Below, piece after piece: positions 39,885 to 53,184 of a DNA stretch of 64,000 nucleotides. A program made the translations under genes and the position numbers. The stretch is taken from NCBI GenBank assembly GCA_964016885.1, contig OZ024740.1, positions 83,080,001 through 83,144,000 on the forward strand. The letters run 5' to 3'. The notes below the pieces were generated by a model. That model made no database searches. It saw only the letters and a program-made list of their open reading frames with translations, and had not been told where the DNA came from. Positions within the stretch are counted from its first letter, which is position 1; every line of letters begins with the position of its first letter. Origin of the DNA: Eledone cirrhosa (Eukaryota).

Positions 39885-41760
39885 ATGACCTTAGCAACCT
39901 CTGCCCCACAAGGCCAGCATAGGCAGACCACCTACCATTACCTCAATGGCCAAGAAAACCCACACATAAAGATGTAACGGGTGGTCCAGAGCCATACGGA
40001 ACCCCGATAACCATGATGAACTAAAGAAAATGATTGCACCTGCGGTGGGGGCCAGTATGAAACTAACCCTTAAGGAACATATGTTCAAATTTAATGGAAA
40101 AACATATGCCCAAGAGGAGGAAGCAGCATTGGTGTTAGCATTGCAGGTGACATAGCTAATCTATTCATGGTATGGTGGGACAATAAACTTAAAAAAACAA
40201 TTAGAAGACAGCAACCTCTTAACCCTAATAATGTACTCTCACTATGTTGATGATATAAACATCGTAGTAAAAACATTCCCACTAGAGAACAGTCAGGAAT
40301 TAGAGAAAAACACCATGGAAAGTATCCAGCAAATAGCTAATTCCATCCACCAGAGTATTAGAGTTACTATAGACTACCCAAGCAAAGACCCCAAACATCG
40401 ATTACCTGTACTAGACACAGAGCTCTGGTTAGAAACCATTAATAACAAAAAACAAATCCTCCATTCCCATTATGCAAAAAGCATGACTTCCAAATATCTG
40501 ATCCACCGAAACTCAGCTGTTTCGGATCACACCAAAATCAACATACCGATTGCGGATTTAGTACGGGTGATGATAAACGTGTCCCGCATGTGCAACCCCA
40601 AAGAACTAGAGAGACACTACAACAATTCATCCACGGTATGCAGTTCTCTGGTTACAATCAGAGAGATAAAATTAGAGTATATAGAGGAGCCAGAACCAAA
40701 TGGGAAAAAATGGTAAATAATGATACAAATGGGACATGCCACTTGTATAGGAGCAAATTTTGGAATAGAATAGAAAGAATTAGGAATAAGGTTAATAGAA
40801 TAAACTCATGGTATGATAGCAATAAATACCAGAGTGTAGTGTTCATCAGTACAAGCCCTAGAGGTGAATTAGCATCCACATTTAGAAGGGGCCTAGATAA
40901 ACTTAAACTAACTATTAAGATAGTAGAAAGACCAGGTACCGCCATAAAAACACTTATTTATAATACATACCCTTTTCAAAGACGTCCTTGTATAGATGAG
41001 AAATGCATAATCTGTAAACTAAGCCCCCATATTAACTGTAAAACTAGAAACATAGTATATAGCATAAGATGTACTGAAGGACAATGTAAAGATAAGAATA
41101 TAGTGTACATAGGTGAGACAGCTCGTATTACAGGAGAACGATTAAATGAACACTGGCGCGAGCCTCAATATAGAAAAGATTCATCAGTAGTCCGCCAACA
41201 TGCTAAAATAGAACATAAGGGCAAATTAGAGAATATAGAATTAAAAATAAAATCTACACACAGAAAAGACGCAATGTTTAGACAAATCACAGAGGAAATA
41301 AACATAAATGAAGTCCAACCAAAATTAAATAGAAAACATGAAAGGAATATCAACATCACAACTTACAATTATGGACTAAATGAAAACACACACACATAGA
41401 ACAAACAACCAACCAATAATATGTAAATAAACAAATAAATAAACAAATAAAAACACACACAGACACCCGGATGTAACACATGCGCAAACTAAGCTCACAA
41501 CACACACAAAACAAGATGACAGAACAAAGGAGAGGCACAAAACAAAGAGAAGAATCCCCAGTCACTGAAGAGCTCACAGAATGTGTGACGAAATAACTTT
41601 GACAATATATGAACAACCGCCCGGTTGTGGAACCAACCAGCCGGAAATTTGTAAATTATAAACACTTAGATTTATAAATTTAATTTATAATAAATTGGGG
41701 TGAAGCAGTTGGTGCGTGTGTTTCTTCTTGGCAAACTGACCCTCCTAACGTGTAACAATT
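39885..41760 (+). mobile_element. PLE (RT C-terminal half + GIY-YIG + 3' UTR), right arm; tentatively Nematis-like RT
   Basis: GSSIGVSIAGDIANLFMVWWD, YVDD, LPVLDT, NIVYSIRC..VYIGETAR..ERLNEH in ORF 40590-41399. Confidence 0.88.
41561..41603 (+). ncRNA. Hammerhead motif in the PLE 3' UTR
   Basis: GTCA-CTGAAGA-G.TCAC..GTGAC-GAAA-..-TGAC; a degenerate mirror copy lies at 37503-37545. Confidence 0.55.
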
Positions 41761-41894
41761 TATATATATATATATATACAGAATATACATATGTGTGTAA
41801 GTGTGTGCGCTCGCGCACGTGTGTGTGTGTGTGTTTGTGTGCGTGGTTCAAATTATTTGCATTGAAGTTGAAAGATGACATTGATCACGTGAAC

Positions 41895-41995
41895 ACAACC
41901 GTTCAAATCCTGCCGAGGTTAACGCCGGCGTCGATGAAATTAAGTACCAGTATTGCACTGAAAGATTGCTGGCCTTGTGCCTAAATGGGAATAAA
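41895..41995 (+). mobile_element. SINE fragment
   Basis: gttcaaatcctgccgaggttaac..taagtaccag..ggccttgtgcc. Confidence 0.75.
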
Positions 41996-42260
41996 TTATT
42001 GATAAAATTATTCTACACCTTATTATATACATATACATACATACATGAAAAAAAAAAAATATATAGAGAGAGAGAGAGAGAAGGAGAGAGGGATAGAGAG
42101 AGTAAGGTTTTGAGATGATGGAGATTATTAGATTTTTCCAAATGTGAAGGCTATCATAATTAATAATCCTCAGCAAAATATGTATAACGGAGTTTTAAAC
42201 AAACCTGAATCAACTGAATATGGCTGCGGATCTTTTATTAATATATATATATATATAACA

Positions 42261-42372
<112 letters not shown>

Positions 42373-43262
42373 GTAACACTATATATATATAACACTATAT
42401 ATCTCCAATTTTAACACATTTTCTTGTATATCTGTTGTAATGATTCGTGTACTCGTAATGCCCAGAGATCGATGGATATGATGTAATCATTTGTAATCTA
42501 ATCCTTTAATAGTATTCAGATTTTGAGATCGAAACATGTTAGTTTATCAGACATTACGCCAGCCGAAACTTGTACCACATGCATCACTGTTTGTAAACTG
42601 AAAAGTCATTGTTCATATATTAATTTTAGTTACAAAATCAATATATAGCATATTTTCCTTTATAATATATTATTTAATAATAATATTGTTTATTACATAC
42701 TATTAAAATGAACTCTCTATTTCTCACGGCCATCGTGTTTTTTCAGACATGATTTTGAATCAACAGTTCTATAATTTAAAGACACCATGAAAATAAATCA
42801 GTATTGAACTAAATGAATTAGTGGCAGAGTATAAAATTCACATATGTATCCAAAAATACACGAATGTTAAATTTAATGAAATATCAAGAAATACACTTTC
42901 ATAATCTTACAACGAAATTGTTATTCTCGTGAAAATATGTAATTAAGTAATTATAATTAAATCCTGTTGAAGTATTCTAATGAAATAAATAGGAAAGTAT
43001 GTAAAAAAATATGCACCATACATTCGGAATATATTTTTTCTTAATAATATTTATTCTAAAAATAAATGTTTATGAAAGTTGTTATTTCTAAAAAAATAGG
43101 TGTTCAGGAAATTTATTTTCAATTTCAGTAAATGATCTCTGCTACTTTTGTGAAACGATTTTCTTAATATTGAATGTAGAAATACAAAGCTTTCTCTGTT
43201 GAGAATTAAACATACGCACATACAAACGCTCGTGCGAGCGCGCGCACATACACACACACACA

Positions 43263-43309
<47 letters not shown>

Positions 43310-43583
43310 GTGAGGTTTTTTTTTACAAAATGAAAAATAACCGAGGTGTCCTACACCAGTGAAAGTATAAAGAAAAAAAGATGAAATCAAAAATGCAACT
43401 GGAGTCTTATTTAAAAAAATATATTTATATTTATTTGGTTCCTTTACCGGTTTCGCAGTTCTTCTGCTTTTCAAAAGTAGAGTTGAGATGGAGGGTCTGT
43501 GGTTTTTCTCACATCTGGTTGGTCTCTGAATGTTACTTGTTTTATATGGAAAAAGTGGCTCGAAATGCCAGGTTTTTCGAGAA

Positions 43584-43834
43584 GTAATTTGATTGGTTGG
43601 TGAATAATTATAATAAATTTCGCGCCAGTTCGTGTTACAAAGTTCTTCAAAGAAGGGGGCGTTGTCACAGGTTGTTTTTTCATATATGAGTGTTTGAATT
43701 TCTCTTTACTTAAAAAGGGGATTGGGGGGGGGGGGCTCACGACACGAAGAGTTTTTTTTTATAAACGTAATTTGATTGGTTATAAATGAAATTATGGCTG
43801 TCACGTGAACAAGCTTTCATTAAATTTTCGCGCC
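43584..43834. promoter_or_regulatory. Candidate promoter: duplicated CCAAT + E2F-like module
   Basis: GTAATTTGATTGGTT occurs twice, TTTCGCGCC at 43618 and 43826, CACGTG at 43802. Confidence 0.3.
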
Positions 43835-43899
43835 CTTATTTGGAAATCCATTCTGTAGCCGTTTTAGAGAATTTTATGACAAATAAAAGATAATGGTCA

Positions 43900-46800
43900 A
43901 GAGAAATGGGATGGGAGAATTGTTCTTGTTCAGTGACTATAGTTAGTTCGCTGGGGTGTCAGAGTTCAGATTTTCTATTGAATAAAGAAAGTAAAGATAT
44001 GTATGTTTATGTGTGTGCTTGTGTGTGTGTGTGTGTGTGTATTGCAAGATGATTCTATTAGTAGAAATGGGGGTGGGAGTCGTGTGTATATGGGTGTAAT
44101 GTGTGTGTGTGGGAGTATGTTAAGATGGAGAGCATATATATGTTGTGTGTCTATAATTGTGTGTAGGAAAGTGATTCTATTAGTAGAAATGGGGGAGGGA
44201 GTTATGTGTGTGGCTGTGGGGTTGTTATGTGTGTGTATGTGTGTTATGTGTGTGGGAGTATGGTTAGCATGTTCAGATGAAGAGAATATATATATATTGT
44301 GTGTGTGTGTAGGAAAATGATTCCTTTAGTAGGAATATTTTTGAATGAATATATTTTCCTTACTTATTCGTATTTGTTCTGTTGTATTGTCAGTGCAAAC
44401 GTATGTTAAGTTTTATTTAGTTCGGGTTTTTATTTTCTAAAGTAGAAGGTGTGATGTGTGTGTGTCTGTGTCTGTTTGGATGGTTAACATGTTATGGTGT
44501 TGATATAATGTATATTAAACCATATTTAATGCAGGTCTATATTTTTGAATAAACATATTTTCCTTATTTATTCGTATTTGTTCTGTTGTGTTGTTAGCGC
44601 AAAGGTAAAATGGGAAGACTTGGAATTTGGGTGTCTTATTACTTGCGCATATGTCTAGATGTGCGCTTAGTAGTATCTGTCTCGTGGTTGGATCTCGTAA
44701 TTGTTGGCGATGAACTGTCATTCTGTTTCTGAGTGTGAGTTTAGTTTGTCCTATATCATCTTCATTGCATCCTTTACATTTAATAGCATAAAATAGATTT
44801 TTTGATGAGCAAGTGAAGTGATTTTTTACAGTAAAATTTTGTCCTGATTTAAATGTATACGTGTTGCCTTCAATGAGGTGAGTGCAGTTTCTACAATTAG
44901 AGCGACCATATTTTTTGATACTTGGTTGTGGGTTTGTGGTAGGTAATTTGGCATTGGTGAGTAATGTTTTCAGTGATTTCGGTTGTCTTTTGCTTTTGAT
45001 TATTTTGTGTGTTTCAAGGGCTTTTTTTCATTCTTGGGTTTTGTTTTAGTAGTGGGATGTTCTTGTGAATAGTGTTGTAAGCTTCCGCATTTCTTGGGTT
45101 GTGTGTTGAGATATATGATAGAATATTGGACGTACCTTGAATGTGTTTCTGTTTTCGTAATTCATCAATGCCTACTGCTCTAGCCCTTTCTATTCCATTA
45201 TTTATTAGTAATAGTGGGTACTCTCTTCCGAGTAGAATTTCCTTTAATTCTTGAAGTCTTTTATTTCGCGTTTCATAAGTGGAGACAATTGTACAAATTC
45301 TTCTTGCTAGATTAAAAAGAATGTTCGTCTTCGTATGGTTTGGATGGTTGGAGGTGAATAGCAGGTATTGTTTGGAATCTGTTGGTTTGTAGTGTATGTC
45401 AGTTTCAAAATGTGTGTCTTTTTTTAAGATTAAGATGTCCAGAAATGGGAGTTGGTCTTGGCTGTATTCCATTGTGAATTGGATGTGGTTATTGATGCCG
45501 TTTATTAAGTTTTTGAAATCCTTCAGTTGGTCGAGTGTGTGGGACCAAAGAATGAGACAATTATCCAAGTAGCGTTTCCAATTCTCTGATAAATATTTGT
45601 CGAAGTTCAATCCGTATTTTGATTTGGACTGTTCATATATCTGGACTTCTAAGTATGCCATGACTAAGTTGGCATAAGTTGGAGCGGCTTTTGTACCCAT
45701 CGCAGTCCCCGATATTTGCTTGTAAGTACTGCCATCGAAATCAAAAAAGTTGTTCTGTAAGATGAATTTTAATCCCTTGGTGATGAAGCTTTTTTCTATT
45801 CTGTCAGGTATCTCATTGGGATATTTCTCTAGCCAGAATCATATTGCTTCTAGTCCGTATTGTTGTGGGATCGTTGTGTAGAGATTCACTACATCGAAAG
45901 ACACAATAATAGGGTCGTTGTTGACATGTTTGGGGAGGTGGTTTAAGAGGTCCAGATCGTCTCTTACAAGGCTTGGTATGTGTTTGAAAATTGGTTTTAG
46001 TAGTATGTCTATAAAGTTGCTCAGTCTGTGTGTTTCACATTGTGGGCCCGCTACAATTGGTCTTAATTTAAGGTCTGTGGGGTATTGTGTGTTCACGCAT
46101 GCTGAGGCGGATTGTTTATAGGCATCGTTAATTATTTTACACTTGTGGATCTTCGGAAATCCGTAAAGGTTGCTGATTTTGTATTCAAAATGTGTTAAAT
46201 AATCTCGTTCCTTTTTAGTTAGGTCTTCCTGGTATTGATAAATCAGTGTGTTTAATCTGGTCATTGTTTTTGATTGCTGGTAGTTTTTTACTCTTTCATA
46301 GTAATTAGTATTTTGTAAGAGAGAGAACATAGAATTTTTATATTTTTCAGCCTCCATAATGACAACAGTACTTCCCTTGTCCGCTTCCTTAATTATAATG
46401 TCCGTATTGTTTTTTAGTTCATGGATAATCTCCCATTCCCTTCGACTCGTGTTGGGTTTGGGTTTAGGTTGCAGGAGTTCATTGTATGGGAAAGTAGTTA
46501 TGTGCTCACAAAATTTGTCCAGAACTCTGTTTCTACCTTTTGTTGGGTTGTAGCTGCTTTTATTCCGTACAATTGATTCGTCGTTATTCTCCTTGTCAAA
46601 AGATTCCTCTGTGAGACGTAATTTTCTACAGAAGTGTGAGATATCGTCATTTATCCCATTGGGGTTAGAGTATTGTGGTATTGGTGTGAATTTCAGTCAT
46701 TTGGAGATAATTTTTATTTGTTGGGCTGAGAGGTTTGTATTTGAAAGGTTGATTATTTTCGGCTTTTCAAAATCGGCTTGTGCCACCGGGTGTCGTGGGT

Positions 46801-47340
46801 CCTGTAGCCTTGGTCTAAAAAATGATTTTTCTGGAATGTTTTTTCAATGGTATTATTATATCTAATGGTATATCCCCTGTTGTTGTTTGGTCTTGTATAG
46901 AAGTTTCGGACGTATTGAGGTTCGGTTTGTTGATAGTCCGGGTTGTAGATTTTGTTCCTTTGTGTGCGTTGGGATCTACGGTTTTGGAACGGGCTCTGTG
47001 TGGGCAGGGGTCTACGGTTTTGGAATAGGTTTTGTGTGGGTTGTGATCTGCGGATCGGGTCCTGCCTTGTGTTCGGGGATCTTCGGTTTTTGTTAGTAGG
47101 GTTATAGTTTTGTCTATGATTTCAGGGATTATCGTTATAGTTTTGTTGGGGGGTATGTTTGACGTTTAGTTACTATTTTTGTTATTTGTTTTGCATTTGG
47201 TGTGTGAGTTTTAGTTTGTTTTAAAAATGGGTTACCTGTATGTTGTTCAATTTTGAAGTCCATTTCGTAGTTGTTGAAACAGGTGGCGTTTTCTTCCCAT
47301 CGCTGAAGGGATGTTAGTACTTCATCCTCACAGTTTTCTT
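43900..47340 (-). mobile_element. PLE with Neptune-like RT, near full length, decayed
   Basis: IIIKEADKGS, LYGFPKIHK, RPIVAG, SFDVVNLY, GTAMGTKAAPTYANL, WKRYLDN, LPFLD, YKPTD; GIY-YIG at about 44515-44900. Confidence 0.88.
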
Positions 47341-47754
47341 CATATATATATATTTACATATGTGTGTTTGTGTGTGGGGGGGGGGTATATGTACTTATGT
47401 GTATGTATATGAGCAGGGACATAGAAATAGTGGGGCTGGACACCCGATCGCGCAGTTAAATCACTGGGAGTGAAGGACCCCTAGCCTTTGTCAGGTCATT
47501 CTTCTAGGAGAAGGGAACTCACGAAACTGATAACACTTCGATATAAAACCTGCGGCTCAGTAGTTACGATGATGTTGATCTTTTCTTCTTTTCAGGTTAT
47601 AGCTACTGTCGCTCAGAGAGTGGGATTGGTTCAGTGCACAGTCTTTCCTCACTTTAAAATATATCTTCACGGACAGGCATTACACGGTAGAATTAACTAT
47701 TAATGGTGTATCGTGCAATGCCCATACTCGATAACGAGGAGGTAGCCATCACAC

Positions 47755-47845
<91 letters not shown>

Positions 47846-47897
47846 TGCAGTGTTATATATATAGAGAGAGAGAAATATATATATATATACAGTGTTA

Positions 47898-47928
<31 letters not shown>

Positions 47929-48099
47929 TAATAAAAGATCCGCAGGCATATTCAGTTGATTCAGGTTTATTTAACACTCCGTTATACATACTTTGCTGAG
48001 GATTATTAATTATGATAGCCTTTACATTTGGAAAAATATAATATTCTCCATTATCCCAAACCCATTACTCTCTCTATCCCTCTCTCCTTCTCTCTCCCT

Positions 48100-48132
<33 letters not shown>

Positions 48133-48248
48133 GTATATTTATTTTTTGTTCATGTATGTATGTATATGTATATCATAAGGTGTAGAATAATTATATAGCA
48201 GTAATAAACGAAGCCCAATGTTAAACATTCGACTTATTTATTTTATTT

Positions 48249-48327
<79 letters not shown>

Positions 48328-49299
48328 ATATATATATATGACCCGCTTGTGGGTATATCTATGTAATATATACACGTTTCTACATAACCTAGACATTATT
48401 TATCCCAAGTTGTAGAAATCTTATAACGTAACGATCGTATGGAAGGTAAAAGAGATTTATTTAATTATGACTCATATAAAATAATACAACCAGTTAACCA
48501 CGGAATACTGTGTAGGTAGCACCCCAAACACTAAATTGGGATTATACTTAGGCATATACTAATGTTTGTTGAGTGAGATTGAGTTTTTCAGAATATCGCT
48601 TAAACCTTTCTCTGTTAATGTATTAAATATATATGTATATATATATCTAAACTATAATAAGGTAAGGAGCGCGCGACTGCGTACGTTTTATAATTGTTTA
48701 TCCCATCAGTAAAATGAGTTGGATTACTTTAAATAAATAATGAATGAATATTACATAATTTATGTACTAAATTTCGTGGCTGTTGATTAAATACATTTTT
48801 ATTATTTAAAGATTCACTTCTTTAACATCTAAGAAATGTTAACACTTCCGGTTGACCATCGCTTAAATAGACAGTAATTTTCTGTTTCTAAGTTTCTCCT
48901 AATGCAGTTTATATATAATATCGTCTTTTTTAATGTATCATGGATTACGTTACTGATTAAATAAGAAAATGTTACGCAGTCTTCGTTCAATTTCTATGTA
49001 TTATATATTGTCAATTGCGATTTTATATGATGTATCATATCGAGATGTATATATACCTGCGTATAATATCAATATACACACTACACATACCAGCTGAAAA
49101 CCACCCGAAGGGTGGTTTTTCTGTTTGTATATATAACGAAGGATGTGTGGTAAGGGACCAGGTGCGCCATAACGCACCAGATTACCCAATACTTAGGGTG
49201 GTAGAGTGGGTAATAGAAAATTGTTCAAGACACCGACGGCAGAGTTGAAGCCGTTTCGACGGCTATTTCTGGACTGCCGTCGGGGTCTCGTTCAATTTC

Positions 49300-49344
49300 C
49301 TATATATATGTATATATATATACTAACACACACACAGACACACA

Positions 49345-49387
<43 letters not shown>

Positions 49388-49408
49388 ACACACACACACA
49401 AACACACA

Positions 49409-49481
<73 letters not shown>

Positions 49482-49490
49482 CTATATATA
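49300..49490. repeat. (CA)n microsatellite
   Basis: Directly visible. Confidence 0.95.
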
Positions 49491-49756
49491 AGAGGGAGTC
49501 CGACCAACACCAGTTCTGCTAAATGAAGATATTTATAAATTACATTTCGCAAACATAAATAAAATAATTTCAATTCTCGTCGTTATTGGTGGTCAGAAAC
49601 TACTCACAGTGATCGAAACTGCGATTACGCAATGAAACTTCAATCGGACTTTCAACGTAAATAGATAAAGTTGTTTTATCTTGTTTACTGTTCCCAAATA
49701 TAATTTTATTAAGCTCTGACTCTTTCATTTTTATTAATTCGTATATATTCCTGTGT

Positions 49757-49799
<43 letters not shown>

Positions 49800-49813
49800 G
49801 AGGTATATATATA

Positions 49814-50765
49814 CCTAATTAGCATATCGAGTGAGTTAGTCGGCCGGGTGCACCGATACCGATGATTGGAAAAAATGAAACGAAATTTGATTTCTCACTC
49901 TTAGCAGCTTTACTAAGAGTGAGAAATTAAATTTCGTTTCATTTTTTCCAATTATCATTTTCGGTGCGCCTGGCCGACTAACTCATTCGATATGCAAATT
50001 AGGCTGCTCAGCCGTTAATATGCATAAGGAATGTATATATTTCAGACGTTCAATCATCTGGCAGGAAGGTATACGATGCTGACGATAGCTAATAAGCTTG
50101 AAACTAGTACATCGTTCCTTTGTCAGTGTTGAAAAAACAGGGCAACGATGGTTGCTAAACACTGTACGGCTTATTCCGACATGTTTGTGTTTTTACAAAC
50201 AAACCGAGCATTATAATAAATGTTTGATAAACCCATACGTACATATGTATATGTGTGCATGTATGTATATATATACATACTACTGTACGTCTGTATACAT
50301 ATATGTATGTACGTATACATACTTATATTTAAGTAACAGGCGTATTAAGAGTGAGAAATTAAATTTCGTTTCATTTTTTCCATTTATCGTTTACGGTACG
50401 CCCGGCCGACTAACTCACTCGATATGCAAATTAGGTGCTCAGCCATTAATATGCATAAGGAAAGTATATACTTTAAGACGTTCAATCATCTGGAAGGAAG
50501 GTATACTATGCTGACGATTACTAATAAGCTTGAAACTACTACATCGTTCCTTTGTCAGTGTTGAACAAAAGGGCAATGATGGTTGCTAAACACTGTATCG
50601 CTTAATTCGGGATGTTTGTTTGTTTACAAAGAAACCGAGCATTATAATAAATTTTCGATAAACCCATACGTACGTATGTATATGTGTGCATGTATGTATA
50701 TATATACATACTACTGTTCGCCTGTATACATATATGTTTGTACGTATACATACTTATATATATAT
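49814..50765 (+). mobile_element. 432-bp tandem dimer with one hammerhead per unit, plus a 5' inverted segment (retrozyme or pseudo-LTR-like)
   Basis: Units start at 49914 and 50346; 49814-49903 is inverted relative to 49914-50003. Confidence 0.8.
50073..50115 (+). ncRNA. Minimal type I hammerhead ribozyme (second copy at 50505-50547)
   Basis: ACGATG-CTGACGA-T-AGCT(aata)AGCT-T-GAAACTAGTA-CATCGT; 6-bp stem I, palindromic ACTAGT stem III. Confidence 0.85.
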
Positions 50766-50863
50766 ATATACGGACACATGTATAAATCTATGAGCTACAT
50801 ATCTTTTTCACCTATAATTATTTAGTTTCGTATTTGAAATATATATATATATATATATATATC

Positions 50864-50904
<41 letters not shown>

Positions 50905-51114
50905 TTTGTTCTTGCGTTCGTGTGTATGGGTGTTCGTTTAATTTTGCAGCGAAAGCGTGCTGATCCACTACAGTAATTACAAAGCAAACTGCAAAATCTA
51001 CAGGCGATGACGGCTATTATCGATACTGACAATTTTTTATATCCCAGTTCTTAACTAAACAACTTGAACATTTCCAAAGGATATGAAATGATGCTGCAAT
51101 TGTTCACTAATAAC

Positions 51115-51287
51115 TGTTTCTACGTTAAGCACAAGGCCAGCAAAATACCCAATACATTACTGGTACTTTATTTTATCGAACCCGTAAGGATGAAAGGCAA
51201 AGTTAACCTCGGCGGGATTTGAACTCAGATGGTAAAGGGACGTAACTATGCTAGAAAGCATGGCGTCCGACCCTCTACTGATACTGC
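51115..51287 (-). mobile_element. tRNA-derived SINE with an 18-bp target-site duplication
   Basis: caattgttcactaataac at 51097-51114 and 51288-51305. Confidence 0.9.
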
Positions 51288-51352
51288 CAATTGTTCACTA
51301 ATAACGAAAACCATAAGTATAGAGAGAGTAAAAAGGTCTTAGCATTGGAGGC

Positions 51353-51410
51353 ATAGCTTACCAGGCAGGTTTCATGAGCTTTTCCCACAGGTTGACGCTG
51401 ATTACACTAG
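51353..51410 (+). pseudogene. Possible degenerate U1 snRNA 5' fragment
   Basis: atagcttaccaggcagg..catga..ttttccca..gct.attacact versus U1 ATACTTACCTGGCAGG..CATGA..TTTTCCCA..GCT..ATTGCACT. Confidence 0.3.
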
Positions 51411-51689
51411 CCAATTATAATATAGCACAAATGTTTAAAATATATTTTATTTAGCAACCCTGTATTGAGTGAGTTAAAACAATTTGTATACTTACGGATG
51501 TGATGGATTTATGAAACGAGCCCATCGGGATAAAGTACGAACTACTAAGTATTACAAGCATATTTCTGAGAAATATCATTAACTGAGAAGCTAACTAACA
51601 TCATTAACTGAGAAGATAATAAGGTATGTTTTGGAAGTAAATAATATGGGATGACAATCAACCATCTGCTGTATGTGTTAGATGCCCGA

Positions 51690-53130
51690 TGCACAAAAAA
51701 AAAAAACGCTAGTGTTGCGGACGTACATCAAATTTAAACAAGTAATGTATATATTTGGCTTAGACTTATGGTCCTCAGCAATATCAAAGAGAGAGGGAAT
51801 AATTAATACATTAATAACAAGCTAGATAAAAAAAATTATTCAGACAACACAATCATATGAAACACAGATATACAAATAATTAGGAATCACTGAAATAGAT
51901 AAGTTTGAAAACAAAATAATGAAAGTAAATACCAGAAAGAAATATTATAGTCGAATTAGATCATTACGTACGTAATAGCATGGTATCCTAAAAATTCAAT
52001 ATGAAGGAAATAGACAGGAAGAACGCATTGCTACATACAGAGAAAAATGACAGAGTTAGTGTAAACATACACTGAATAATTTTAAGAGAATACCAAAACA
52101 ATAGTTCTCTGTAATATATTAATACACACGGATAGAAAGTTTAAATCCAATCAACCAGATATTGAGTCAACAGCTCAAAGAACAAATAAATTATAATTGA
52201 CTTGTCACACTCTAAAGACGAAAATATATCTAACAAATATATAAAGAAATTATCCAAGTATGATTATCTGTAGAAATATGCCGAAGGTAGATGATGAAAA
52301 GATGAGAAATTTCTATAATAACTGTTCTAATAATTGTTTCTACTTTTCGCACAAGGCCAGCCATTAATCAGTGTATTACTGGTACTTTATTTTATCGAGC
52401 CCGTAAAGAAGAAAGGCAAAGTTAACCTTGGCAGGATTTGAACTTAGAAAATAAAGGCCGTAACTCTAATGATATATATATAGACATTGTCAGAAACACG
52501 ATAGATATTTACCAATATATGCAACTTAGAGAAAATAGCCTTGTTACACTCTGGAGACATAATATGATAAAAACAATGACATAAAATTAATGATCATACC
52601 AAATCTGGTAGAGCTCTGCTGGGTTATGCAGAGAGTAAGAGCTTCATTTTTACTTGCACATGACGAGTGTCTTTCAGAACGCAACTATTAAGCCAATCTG
52701 ATCAGAAATAGAATTCACACGAAGGGTCGATTTTGTAATGAGTACGTTGAGATCAGTGACTACCTGGATTTAAGCTGCAAAGCCTTAGCCACCAGGAAAT
52801 GGAAAACGGGGCATTACATAGGTGGACCATTACATACACTGCACAATATGTAATTTGTATACCATAAGACAGACAGGAATGGATCATGTATAACCCAGGT
52901 GCGGTAATAAGAGGTGAGAATGGCACTCCTAGTGAACACTGACAGAGCAAGTAAGGGCTTATAGAATTGTGAAGAGTCATAAAGAGAAATTGTGAAGAAT
53001 CTTAAAGAGAAACTGTTCTTTGTGGTCTTGTTACATTATTTGTTTGACAATTGATTGTGAAAGGTGTGCATTATAAAATGTTGCATCAGGTTTAAGGTTG
53101 ACACTCGGCATGATTTGCGAAAGAAGCAGT
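51690..53130 (+). mobile_element. Old, decayed R4/Dong-like copy related to family B
   Basis: QIYK*LGITE..IMK..KKYYSRIR, RNY*ANLIRN..RFCNE, SCKALA; 3' gacactcggcat as in family B; ends in (TAA)n. Confidence 0.65.
52333..52465 (-). mobile_element. SINE inside the old R4 copy
   Basis: Core and tail match the other copies. Confidence 0.8.
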
Positions 53131-53141
53131 ATAATAATAAT

Positions 53142-53183
<42 letters not shown>
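53130..53183. repeat. (TAA)n tract
   Basis: Directly visible. Confidence 0.95.

Positions 53184-53184
<1 letters not shown>

Noticed and set aside
47490-47545. Possible hammerhead near ACGAAACTG
   Set aside because: The CTGANGA core is absent and the stems do not pair.
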